Assembly: GCF_006345805.1 (NCBI RefSeq)
Contig: NC_043003.1
Location: forward strand, 36,394,001-36,458,000
From: Octopus sinensis
Taxonomy: Eukaryota
Direction: 5' to 3'
DNA: 64,000 nt
Shown here: positions 39,574 to 52,360 of the stretch, one piece after another
How positions within the stretch are numbered: position 1 is the first letter of the stretch
Layout of the letters: each line of letters starts with the position of its first letter
Notes under the pieces: model-generated
Seen by the model: only the letters and a program-made list of their open reading frames with translations
The model's database searches: none
Told to the model about the DNA's origin: nothing
Made by a program: the position numbers and the translations under genes

Positions 39574-40254
39574 TAGATACACAATACTTTATCCTGAACC
39601 CTCAGATACAGTTGTGTTCTGAATTTCAAATTTTTATCGGATTTCAGAACAAAAGCCAGCTGCCTCAGATTGTAAACTAGATATCAAAACAGTCCTCCTA
39701 CTAAAGTAAGAAATGCACATATATACCTATACACAATAACTATTTTTCATTAGTTTGCGTTCATCACTTTCACTATAAAACTTGAGTAATTTGTTTTTCT
39801 GTTTCTTTTCGTTATACACCATGCTAGTTCCAAAGCTATATTCTTCAGCGAGCCGCCGCACAGATACACCACGAGCAAGTTTCAGTAGTAACTCCACTTT
39901 CTACGTTATTGATAATGATGCTGCCTTTTCTTTTTACTCACTGCTATATCTGCAGTTCTTTTTGACATTTTAAGTGTAAATTATATACAAAGTCATAAGA
40001 AACAACACGAAGACAGCAAAAAGCAAATGGGCTTCTTCGCTCTGCGAGTGCTGAATCACAACAAAGACTTGGTGGTAAGTGGTGGCCGACCTGCCAAGCA
40101 TTACCATGACATGCCTGAGTAAGACGAGTCACTGTGGTCAGCTGTTTGCACACCAAACAACACGTTATTACGCGTCCCACTTACCCCCCAAAGTTCGGTT
40201 GGGAGGGGGGGTCTTCCCGGATTTTAGATTTCCGGACGAAGGATTGTGTACCTA
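39574..40254 (-). mobile_element. Tigger/pogo DNA transposon deletion derivative (Tigger4/Zombi-like)
   Basis: 25-bp TIRs TAGATACACAATACTTTATCCTGAA and (reverse complement) TAGGTACACAATCCTTCGTCCGGAA, 5 mismatches; TA flanks; carries a CENP-B-type HTH transposase N-terminus. Confidence 0.88.
39742..39968 (-). pseudogene. Tigger transposase N-terminal CENP-B/psq HTH remnant
   Basis: MSKRTADIAVSKKKRQH~LSIT*KVELLLKLARGVSVRRLAEEYSFGTSMVYNEKKQKNKLLKFYSESDERKLMKN; one frameshift, one stop. Not in the ORF track. Confidence 0.88.
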
Positions 40255-40259
40255 TATGT

Positions 40260-40317
<58 letters not shown>

Positions 40318-41053
40318 GTTTCAACCCAAAGGCATACGTATATAAACGTTAATGGCCAGATTCCACCAGCTTCTGTACTTATTTCCATGTGTATTTCATC
40401 ATATGTTAGGATGTTTAAGTAAATTTACAGAACAGCCTTATTTTGTAAGTTTTGCAATAAACAATGCACATGACGAGTCTCAGTAAGTGACAATCCGTGG
40501 CATAAATGCGCTGCGCATTTACTCATGTTGCCTTAAAATATCCAGTCTTCAAATCGCAAATATCAAGCACGATTTCCCTCATAGACGAGTTGGCAAAATA
40601 AGTATGTATATATTAAGCCGACTGAATCAACTCCATCTCTGTCAAAAATATACTTCATCATAAATAATCATTTAGAATTTAACAGCTTAGACTTTAATGA
40701 AACACGTTTCTTCTATATTTCACTCTGCTTTCCCTTTAAGATACTAGGCTAAATATCGGGACAGATTTATGTTTCTGTAGTTTTATATGAATTGTTGCAC
40801 AGGTAAAACAGAGAAAGAGGCACTGCGTGGAATGATTCGATGGAGAGTTTCCTGTATATGAATAGACTAAGCGTGTGCTGTGGAGAACAAAATATGCCAA
40901 ACATATCAATAGAGATTACTAAAGCAGGACATATGTAGGAATCAAAGGCCGTGAGTCTATAACTTATACAATCCATCTAGCTTTACGTATGTTATATGCA
41001 TGTACAATTGTTAATTGTATGTATACACAATGTATATGCATCTATATAAGCAT

Positions 41054-41100
<47 letters not shown>

Positions 41101-41829
41101 TTATATACACACACACACACATACGTCTGTAAACAAAAACAATGCATATGGGTGTGTCTATGTAGGGGTTGCTGGATCGATGATAAAAGAATACAACGTG
41201 ATACGCAAAGGTAACAGAATGGCAGCAGTTATGGAATGAAAATTATCTAAAAACACTAAGAGAATAGAAAGAGATAAATGGTATATATCGAAGAAAGGGG
41301 AAATATTAGAAAGAAAAGAATACAAGGAGATAATATTTATTTTCTTTTGATTTTGTTATAGTTTTGCGAGGGTGTGAGTAAAACATGATAAAATACACTC
41401 GCCTATAATATTGGAAATAGCATACGAATATATTTTTGTTGTTGCTTAATTTAGTTTCCACATATAATATTTTTTTTTTTTTTTGCTTTTTGTTTGATCA
41501 CTTTTTTTCTTATGCTCTGCTTCGGTTTTTATTTTATACGGTGACGTTTCTGGGAGAGGGGACGAGTGCAATTTTGCAACCATTCATGGCAACCAATAAT
41601 CAATATTCATCACACTTTAATTTTCTGCGTAAGACTACCTTGAATGTGAGCTCTATTGAGTTAGGTTTTGTTATCAATGATATTTTGTTAGCAATTATCA
41701 ATTATTCCTGCATCGCCACGCGTCTATATACTTTATAAACAACTCTGTCGATATCTACATAAGTATAACTGCCACAGATTGCGATACGATTGCAATCATA
41801 CTAGCACACACACATGAATACATACACAC

Positions 41830-42289
41830 TCAGTAGCATATATGCATAGGTATATATACTATATGAAAAAAAATATATATATGAAATACATATGAACACT
41901 CACGCACACACATATACACACACATACACACATATATACGTATATGTACATATATGTAATTATATATATATATACACATATATGTACATGTATATATGTG
42001 TGCACATATATATATATATATTATATATATATATATATATATACGTATATATGTGTGTATATATTTATATGCATGTATATACATGTATATAAATATATAT
42101 GCATATTTACATATAAATATATGTGTATATATTTACACATATATGTACATATATCTATACATGTATATACATATACATATATGTATATATACACATACAC
42201 GCGGTGGCACACATACATACATATATATATATACATACGTGTATTTGTATATATATATATATATGCACACATGCACACATTGTAACGCA

Positions 42290-42349
<60 letters not shown>

Positions 42350-42430
42350 ATATATTTGTCATTGTATGTATGTACGTATGTATCTATGTATGTATGTATG
42401 TATGTATGTATGCATGAATGTATGCATAAA
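41830..42430. repeat. long compound (AT)/(AC)/(ATGT) microsatellite
   Basis: Directly visible. Confidence 0.95.
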
Positions 42431-45400
42431 CATGAAGTGGAGTTTTCTCTGAAAATATATCAATTATTATATATGAAAATAAATAAAGGTTTATTTCTTT
42501 AAATAGAGAAATATCTACGTAAATAATCTGGAATTAAAGTAGCTAGATTTAATAGAACCTGATCTATACGAGTGTGAGCTTTAGTCATAAATCTCATTTA
42601 AAGGAGATATAGACGTAGGTCGAGATGTATTATAGTAATAATACAACAAACGTGTTGTAATTAACTACACGTATATATATTTTAATTAACGATTTATAAT
42701 TCTCTCATAGTGCTATTGCTTTAGTTTCGCCATACGGTGTCGGATGAAATCACGTGTCAAATAAGAACAGCAGCGTAATGTCTGTATTTCTTTATTTAAT
42801 AAACTGTCTTACACTTATGGCTCATAAATATTCTTTTTTTTTATAGTAAACTATGTTTTCTTGAACGAAGTTATATAAGGAATCTTTATTTATTACTGAA
42901 ATAGAAATTCTAATTCTTTTGGTATAGCGATGACTTAAAGTGCATTCAAACATATATTGTCTGGTATTTTGTTTACAGGACACCCTTAATGTCTTTCAAT
43001 TATTTTAAAACTGACAATGATAACGCATCGATATAATGCGTAAGTTATAATACTTGTGATATGTTTACCAAAATTGTAACATGATATTACTCGTATATTT
43101 TCCCCTTTTGTCATGTTATCTCTGTGATATTAACGAACGCTATGCCTTTACATTTGTTTGTGTCAACTGCTCATGAAGATCAATTTTAAAGACTCAATAT
43201 ATCTCCCTAAATAGGATAAGATATTGTCACACACAAAACAACTGTGAAATATCCATTTCATCAGTCGAAATCAGAGTAGTATATTGCAATCAATGTAATA
43301 TTTGAAATGAAAATTCATACATAGAATCAAATTTCGGCATAATATGGAATCCACCCATCATTGTAAGCAACTGAAATACAATAAAGTATGGAGCAGGCTA
43401 AATACAGGCGCATTTGAGAATTTTTCTTGGCACCACATGTTATGTTTTCAAACATCAGCTTTCTAAATGCAAAGGAGAAATATGAAGATGATAAATAACA
43501 TGAAACATAAATTTGAGTATTACTATTGTAGGAAGATGAGAAGTAATATAGGTGAGAGTTTGAGTAAAGGATAATGCTGGTGTCTGGTTTTTTAAAAGAC
43601 TTCCTAGTTTGAGCAGGTTAGTTAGTGAGTGTTGGCTCTGTATAGCTTACTAAAATATTTGATTCTTGTAGGTAAGCTGACCACTCGTGCAGTTTGATGC
43701 TTGAATCAAAAGTTAAGCAATGTATGTGATCGTGAGGTGAAGCAAATTAAGAAATTAAACAGGTAAGGTTATAGTCGATAAACGGACTCTATCTCACTAA
43801 CACATAGATGATTACTTTAGCATTGGCAGTGATTTTTATTTGAATGTTTTTCGTTTCTCGTGAGTGCGAACTGTCTAGTCATTTGGTGGGATGCCGGACC
43901 AACAGTTACACAACGTATATCGTCTGAACTGTACGTGAAAATGTGTCCATAACACATGAGCAATTTCAATAGCATACAAGAATTGCTAGATATTTCATCT
44001 AGATACTATATCGGGGTTCGGAAGTTCAGTTAATATACCAACAAAAGCAAAATAGTGGTGTGATTCACCCACTTAAGGCCAACATTTACATTACATTCTC
44101 TGGAACACTTCTTAGTCGTTAAGGTCATGCAATTTTTGGTCGACTGCTATGAGTTTAATTTTTTATTATGTTTATTTACACTTTTATCAAATAAGGTAAC
44201 TCGGAGGACCTTGCCAACACTCAATATTGATGCAGCAGAAAATTAGCAGGAGGCAATGAGTGGCAAAATTTGAAGCAGTAAGATTTAAATTGCTCTTTAA
44301 ACAATATCTATCATTTTTAGGAAAACCTTTAATGCAAATATAGTTATTTGAAAGGTCTCAAGAAAAGAAATCTATTTCTGAAAACAAAGTTCAAATTTCT
44401 GCGGTAGGCGATAGCATTTCAGGCAAAATGCAATCAAATTTGACGGAGATTATCAATATACACTGAAACATAGATAATAGCGGCAGCGTTGTACTGGTTT
44501 CGAAATTTAAAATTCCGTTTGTTTCCAACTACACGTGTGCACATTGTGGGATTCTTCGGAAGAAAGCTTGCATAGGATAATGATGTTCAACATACTAAAA
44601 GTAAACATAGGTAATAAATCATTCATAGTTTCAGTTTCATGTGCAAAAAACACTATCAGCTTTGTAAGTGCAGCATGTAGTTTTGGATCGCAAGGTTAAG
44701 TGCAAAACATGGATCGTTATTTTTAATGAACTTTTCAATGTAGAGATACACAACTGTAAGGTTAAAGATGAAAGAAAGTTCATCCTGAAATGTAAAAATA
44801 TACTTGTCTATCAGGAGAAAGCGATAAGTAAATGCTTAAAAGTAAAGTAATAAACATCATTATTAGATATTTTGGTTGTCATTTCTTAACAGAATCGTTG
44901 CTGCATCTTAGAAAATAAGATAGCCTTTTAAAAGAAAAATGTAATTTCAGATTGATATTTTTTTTCAAAAAGTAAATAAAATATTATATGGGTTTCTCAT
45001 TGGCATTTTTATAGAATCCAGTTTGTCAATTCATACTTTTTGAATTTCTTTACGATAGCTTTCACTTTTTCAACATATATTTTTTTTATTGCAGTTTATA
45101 TCTTTTGAACTTTGCCTCAATAACAAATATTTTTGTCTGTAAAAAGCGTCATCGATAAGAAGGATGGACTAACATCAAAAAGATCAGACAAAGAATTGAT
45201 AATCTTTTTAATTGAACCTAGAAACTTACTGGAAAACAAAAAAAGACTGAAAAAATTACAGCAGGTGCTGGAAATTAAATTCAAATGATTTTGGTGGAAG
45301 GTGTGACAGGAAATATTAGGATAATATTAAAGGGAAGTATAGTGTGCTCTTGTGCAGCGTATTTGTAATATGGTGAAAATTTAAAGGTCGATTTCTATCC

Positions 45401-46734
45401 CTATTGCACCTTCTCAGGTGCATATTTGATTGAGATCATACCCAATGGTTTATGTTCATTCAAAAGAACAACATTTAAGTTTTCGGAAGTGAGTTTTCTT
45501 TGTCAAGCATTATAAAATAGAGCTTCAAGTGCATAGATTGTACAACCATTAAATCTACAAGGGATACATTTTCAGTTATTTTTGCAGGAAAAATTACCAT
45601 AATATATACTGTTATTCCTGAACTAACAAAATCATAGTGCTGACATGTTCATGTGTATCGCAGTGATTTTTGGCCCCTCGTGATATGTGCTCATATTTCT
45701 AGAGAAATATACCTAATTGTCAGCTCAGGAGTTTTGTTAGAAAATCATGAAAGGAAGGTACCTGTACATTTTAAAATTTTGAAAGACAGACTCTATCAAT
45801 ATCTTATACGCGTGCTTCAGCCCCTACAGTCATATTTTATTTATTAGTTCCATATAGTATGATTTTAATAGGGGAGTTAGAAACAAAGCAAGTCAGCTAA
45901 TTGTACAGTATCTTTACGCTTTCATTACTCCTTTCTTGTACTTTTCTGGGTATCATGAATTGTGAACATCATTATCTCCACCCCAACGTTTTTTTCTTCT
46001 TTCAACTTAACCTACGTGCTCTCTTAACGACAATAGATTTGGAAAACAATTATTTCTTAGTAATCTAAAAAAACTTCCCATGGAAGACTTTATAGTTATC
46101 AACAGTAATACATTATAAAGTCCTTTGCTAAATCGTACTCTTTCGTTAATTATAAGACTTGTGGCTCAAACAAATTTAGCCACTTGAAAGACTATTATTG
46201 TTACACAAAATACTGGAAAGTCACACTCGTAGTCGTCCACGCATCGTTGACAATGTTTTCGATAGACATTAACACTGAAAAAGAATAGACACAGGATTAC
46301 TCTGGAGCATTTGTTAATCTAAAGCGAGAAACAAAATTGTTTTAACTAGGATAATGCATACATTTAAACATCTGATTTTCTGCTCATATTTATCACATTT
46401 GGACAAACATTTATTACCTCTATAGTAGATCAGCAACATATATTCATATTTCTTTCACTCACCTATATTCCACTTGGTGTTATTATATAATAATTGAGAA
46501 GACATTGCCATTAAAATTACTACAATTTGACTGTCTCATTCCTCTTTTTCTTTCTCACTTCAAGTTACGTAAATAAATGCATTTCACCTGTTCTTTTTCG
46601 CTTGTATTTAACATTTTCTTCTGATTCGTGCATACTTTCCTTTGAAAGTTTACTTGTGGCGAAACTGGAATTCTACGTTTGCTGGGTTGAAGCGTCGTTA
46701 GGACCTAGTCCTGTAATAAATAATATTCTAATGT

Positions 46735-46947
46735 TGTCAATATACGTCAATGTGTCGGACAAAAATGCTTACATTAATTTTTTTCTGGCTCTTTACTTTC
46801 CGAGCTGAAATGTCGCCGACATCGACTTTCCCTTGCATCATCCTTTTAGACTTCGATAAAATAAGTACCAGTCATATGCTGGGGTCGAGGAAGTTGACTT
46901 CACCCCTATCTTAAAACGTCATGGCTTCGTGCCAATAGTAGAAAAAT
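46735..46947 (+). mobile_element. Nin/Deu-type SINE, decayed
   Basis: TCGGACAAAAATGCTT...CGACTTTCCC...CATCCTTTT...TCGATAAAATAAGTACCAGTCATATGCTGGGGTCGA...GTGCCAATAGTAGAAA. Confidence 0.8.
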
Positions 46948-46959
46948 ATTCTATTCTCA

Positions 46960-47322
46960 TTATGGTAATTAGTTAGCAGAACTGTTAGGAAGTCGGAGAC
47001 ATTCTTTTCTACTCTAGGCACAAGGCCCGAAATTTTGGTGGAGGAGGCCAGTTGATTAGATCGACCTCAGTACGCAACTGATACTTAATTTATCGACCCC
47101 GAAAGGATGAAAGGCAAAATCGACCTCGGCAGAATTTAAAGGAAGTTGGAGATTGCCTTGCAGAATCTCATCCAGCTGTTTACGTTTTAAGTTCAAATAC
47201 CATTGGTGTCTAATCATCTTTTCTACTAACTGGAGTTCTTAAAATAAAGTACGATTAAAGTACCGGAATCGGTGGTACCGACTCAATCCTTCATTCTAAA
47301 CTGCTGAACTTGCGCCGAAACT
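46960..47322 (+). mobile_element. old Nin/Deu-type SINE interrupted by a younger antisense copy
   Basis: Head TAGCAGAACTGTTAG at about 46974; body resumes at 47140 (...TTTACGTTTTAAGTTCAAAT...TAAAATAAAGTAC...CTTGCGCCGAAA). Confidence 0.65.
47000..47139 (-). mobile_element. 5'-truncated young Nin/Deu-type SINE, nested
   Basis: Minus strand CCGAGGTCGATTTTGCCTTTCATCCTTTCGGGGTCGATAAATTAAGTATCAG; 13-bp TSD AGGAAGT(C/T)GGAGA at 46987-46999 / 47140-47152. Confidence 0.9.
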
Positions 47323-47548
47323 ATTCATTTTTTTATTATACTCATTTAGTAAATAAACTTTAAACAAAACGCATATCTCTTGTCTATATTGATTACATAA
47401 AATTTATTCTCTAGAAAATGTAGACGAAATTACAGCTTATTTTAACCGGATGTCAAATTGTTCGGCTCTAACTTTTCTTTATACTTACTTCCTTATGGGT
47501 ACTTGCGTTTAAAGTTATAGATACACACACACACGCACACGCACACAG

Positions 47549-47582
<34 letters not shown>

Positions 47583-47810
47583 ACACACACATACACACAC
47601 ATACACACACACGCACACACATATATATAGGATGTCGTACGGAAATATTTCTTGTATACAGGAATATAAATTTGCAAAAGATTTTGTAAGTGTATTTATA
47701 GACATATGCTGGCAGGTAGATATGTAGGTATATTCTTTTCTTTACATAAATATACGTAACCGTATCAGTCTATTTATATTTGCACATACAACGTGACACA
47801 TGAACAGCGA

Positions 47811-47871
<61 letters not shown>

Positions 47872-47888
47872 AGTACGTATGTATGTAT

Positions 47889-47940
<52 letters not shown>

Positions 47941-49730
47941 TAATATGTATATATATATATATGTAAATACATACGTATATGCTATGTTTATATATTGATT
48001 GCATATACATGTATGTGTGTACCTGTGTGTGTATATGCAAAACTCTGTATATATCTATGAACATGTATTTTCCTGCTTCTATTGTTATATAGTTTGTCTG
48101 CTTGTTTAAGTGATGCTTTTATTTTTTTTAGATAAAACAAATATCTTAATCTCATTTATTGCCGTAGGAAAGTCTTTCCTCTCTCTGAGTCAATCAAATT
48201 TAGTCTAAGTATGTGCGTATAAAATTCAATAATTTTCTACTGTTATTTTCTAATTTGACCTTTCCATCGCATTTTGCTCTCCCCATACTCTTTCTCTTAC
48301 ATTATTCCTGTCTCTACATTTCTCTGTCTTTATATAACACTTCAATGTTCATAGTTTGTCAGGTTGAAACTGCATATCTTTTCGTTCTTGTCTCTCACTC
48401 ACTCCGTCTATATCTTTGTCTATGTATCTATCTACCTATCTATTTATCTGTCTGTCAGTCTGTCTAACTATTTTTCTATCTATTTATCTCTACTAAACTT
48501 TCTAACTTTTCCTAAACGTTTATAAATTTATTTTTCTTATGATACATTCGTTATATCCCTCCCTTCATGTTTATTTTTATTATTTCATTCTAACAGAATG
48601 TAGTACACCTGCATACACTAGCATACCATACACTTATACATACATTCACACATACAATCTGATGCAAACATATACAATCTATTCATAGTATTGCACACGT
48701 ATGTATATATGCACCTCCTCAAATCAGGTCCTTTAGAATTTCATGATTTCCCAGCTACATACTACCTTAAGATATTCCTAGTGATTTAATCTAACGATCA
48801 TAATGACTTTCAGTATCATTATCGCCATTATGATCATCATCATAAACATCATCATCATCACCACTATCCCTGTATTCTTATCGGCGTATACCCCCCGTTG
48901 TCCAAATTGTCTCCCGGTTTCACACCATCATTTAGACCTGAGGTTTTTCTGCTACCAGCATTCGGTCTGATGTCCGGTCGGAGGATAATTTCTCCTTTAA
49001 TATTCCTCCTTCCTCCAGCAGTTCTTAGTGACACTGAAACAAGGGTAAGTAGAAATCCATTTCTTCTTGAGTTAGAGATAAGACAGAAAGTGACTAGATT
49101 TCTTATCCTGCCCTTTTCTTCTATAATAAAATGTCTGAACCCAGTCGTTCGGCTCCATTTGGTTCCATGAAATTCATATCTGTAGTCATCTAAAATTCTA
49201 CTTCAAGGCAACTTACATGAAATTAAATCATAGGTAAAAAATAAAGACGGTTTGACTTCGTGTTTGAATACCCATAATACTGGATACTGTGCAGTATGTG
49301 GATGCTTTATAAAACTAAAAGTAAAACATCTCCCCATGCACATTGTATGACCGCCAACAGTTTGATTGCAGGTCAATTCTATTTTATTGATTTCATGATA
49401 TCTCTTTTTTAGGTTTAGATGATTGTTTACCATCTCTCATGCTGAAGATAATAGGTCAAGACGTATCATAGCACAAAATGTTGCTACAGGCGTATCTTTG
49501 ACGTTGTTGTGATTCAATTGCAACCACGACTGAGGGAACTGGCAGTCAAAGGCACTCCAGATATAACCATATCAGCTTTTTTTTTTATTGTATATTAAAA
49601 ACAACATGGTCATTTGTCACTGGTGGAATGTTTCATTTCATAGGAAGCAGTGAAGTAATTCGAACCAGAAAATATTACATTTCATGTTGCACTAAATTGA
49701 TCGACAAAGTTTTCTTTCGTATTTGGATTA

Positions 49731-50215
49731 CAGTAAATCCTCGAGTATAATCCGCATTTTTTCCCAAAATATAAAGGTCAAAATCCCTAGAGCGTACTAT
49801 ATACGAGGTTAAAAACGAAACATATTTTCTAAGCAATGTCCGGCAATATTTATTCAAACGCATTTTGTGATATCGGGTGCGAAAATACCTTAAGCTAAGT
49901 CTAAAAGAAATGAAGTCAAAAAAGAATCTTCCATAACTTGCAGTAAGCAACATTTATTAAAATAAAAGTATTCAGAACACAGAATATCATGTAACACAAA
50001 CAATTTGCAAACATATTTACATTACCATATAACAGGTAAGAATAGCACTATTATTGTATTACACATGCGCGGAAGTGTTTGTTCGACCACGTGCTGCTAG
50101 CTTAATTACGCACGACTAAAGTAAGAGAAGGGGTGCGTATTATGCACAAAGTTTAGGTTTTTCAGAGGTACAGCCCCATAAAAATCCCCTGCGTATTATA
50201 TTCAAGGATTTACGG
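49731..50215. mobile_element. Tc2/pogo-like MITE, 485 bp
   Basis: 26-bp TIRs CAGTAAATCCTCGAGTATAATCCGCA and (reverse complement) CCGTAAATCCTTGAATATAATACGCA, 4 mismatches; TA flanks; subterminal GCGTA(C/T)TAT repeats; no transposase. Confidence 0.88.
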
Positions 50216-50533
50216 TACAAAATAATTTTAATTAGATATAAGTCGATCAAGATAGAAATTTATCATAAAAGCATTCCTATCATGAGCAGCTACTAGTAGT
50301 AATTTCAGAGGGATCTGTGCGTGTGTGTTATTTCTGACAGCGGTAGCAATTGCAGGAGCAACTGGGCCCGTTGCTGTCTGTCCCAGTTTGTGTCTTTTGA
50401 TAGTCTGTACTGAAACATTGCGTTACATTCGGATACCGAAACAATAGAGACAATACTATACGATCATACATATATGCACACACACACACTCACACATACA
50501 TACGCACACACACACATATATATATATATATAT

Positions 50534-50660
50534 GACTTTGCCTTTCATCCTTTCGGGGTCGATAAATTAAGCACCAGTTACGCACTGGGGTCAATGTAAT
50601 CGACTAAATCCCTTTGTTTGTCCTTGTTTGTCCCCTCTGTGTTTAGCCCCTTGTGGGTAG

Positions 50661-50662
<2 letters not shown>
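50534..50662 (+). mobile_element. 5'-truncated Nin/Deu-type SINE with alternative tail
   Basis: GACTTTGCCTTTCATCCTTTCGGGGTCGATAAATTAAGCACCAG...TTTAGCCCCTTGTGGGTAGTAA, between (TA)n tracts. Confidence 0.85.
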
Positions 50663-50701
<39 letters not shown>

Positions 50702-50707
<6 letters not shown>

Positions 50708-52360
50708 GAAAACACTTTTTCAAGCCGATCACATAAAGGGATGGTGTTCGTCTACATTTTCGATGAAAACACGAAGAGTCAAGGGGATTCACAAAATAAT
50801 TCTCGTAAAGAAAACAAGAAATCAAGGCCCGTAACTCTTGGGGGACAACTTTTGTGTAACAGTTCTACTGAGCCCACTATTCTAATTTCCTTTATTTTCC
50901 CCTTCGCGACTTCTGATATTGTTCCCAAGGACCCTACAATAATAGGCACTATCTTCACTTTCTTCATTTTCCATAGTCGGGCTATATGATACTGAAGAGT
51001 GTTGTGTTTATCTATCTATATGAGCGATGGTTTCAACCACTTTTTTGCGAATGTGGGACATCGGAAACGCTTGCTGATCCCAATGTTGACCCTCCAGTTC
51101 GTGGCCAAAGCTTGGGCTTGCGCTGCCAGTATAGTACTCTCGGTCTTTTTTTAGTGTTCTTTTCATCAGTGAATCCCACCTATATTTTCCAGCAACTTCT
51201 GTTGTGGCTGCATGGAATTGATTGTGTAATCCCTTCTTGCGTAATTCTACTACATGTTCTTTTTGTACTTCCTTCGTTGTTCCATTATTTTCTGCTTTCA
51301 GTAATCCCTCGTTCCTAACTGCCACTGGCAAGGTTTCCTTACTTTAGGCTAGGTATCTCATTAAGCTTTCGAGTTCGACGCACACGCAGTCTTCCACACT
51401 TATGAGTCCCCTTCCTCCACATGCTCTATTAATATATAAGCAATCAGTATCCACGCGTCGATGATGGACGGCATGCTTCTTTAGGGGCTTTCTTGACTTC
51501 CTGCCCATCTCCTTTAGTTTCTCGTCTGTCCACTTCAGGATTCCAGCGCCATACCGAACTATTGTGACTGCGCGAAAGTTTATTGCTGAAATTATGCTCC
51601 TGGCATTTGGCTTTTTCACTCGCCGCAGGTACTCTCTTTTTGTCTTTGCCTTCATGTCATTGTGTTTGACGCCATCTGCCTCACGTATTTCCAGGTATTT
51701 ATAGCTGGATTTCACCACTTGGCAACCATATGCCTTCTGTTGTGAAAAGCTTTCCTCGTCTCATCACAATAGTAGCACATTTTGAGAGTCCAAACTCCAA
51801 CATAATACCATTGAGAAAATCCGCATTGCCTGGACTAGGATGTCCAGTTCTGTCTCAGTGTTTTTAATAGCTCCAAGTCGTCCATGAATAGAAAGTGGTT
51901 TAGTTTTCCCTTTCTTCCCAGATCAAACCCCAACTTTGATTTCTATTTTATTTCACTCAAGTGGATCATTCCCAGCATGAAGATAACTCTCTTGATTTTC
52001 AGTTTTCCTAATACTTGATTCCTTGGTGTCAATTCCGTTCTCCAGCATTTCATGCTATTCCATATAAGGCTTCTCATATTTACTACTACCCATACATTTC
52101 CATTCCTTTTATTATCCGGGAGTGTGGTATCATATCGTAAGCTTTACGATAGTCAACTCATGCCATGCTCAGATTTGACTGTCTTCTCTTGCTGTTCCTG
52201 ATAATTAGTTTATCAATTAAGAGCTGTTCCTTCGTATCCTGGCTCCTCTCTCGGCACCCTTTCCATTCAATATGTAACAGCCCACTGTTCTCCAGGTATC
52301 TATCTAATTCACTGGCCAACACACTTGACATTAGTTTCCAGAAACAAAATGATGATGTGT
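50702..52360 (-). mobile_element. 5'-truncated, decayed R4/Dong-clade LINE (RT plus RLE)
   Basis: RT motifs NLSMA*VDYRKAYDMIPHS (about 52170-52120) and LNHFLFMDDLEL (about 51903-51870); SYKYLE...AINFRAVTIVRYGAGILKW...LYINRACGGRGLISVEDC; C-terminal KKVKIVPIIVGSLGTI. Confidence 0.95.
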
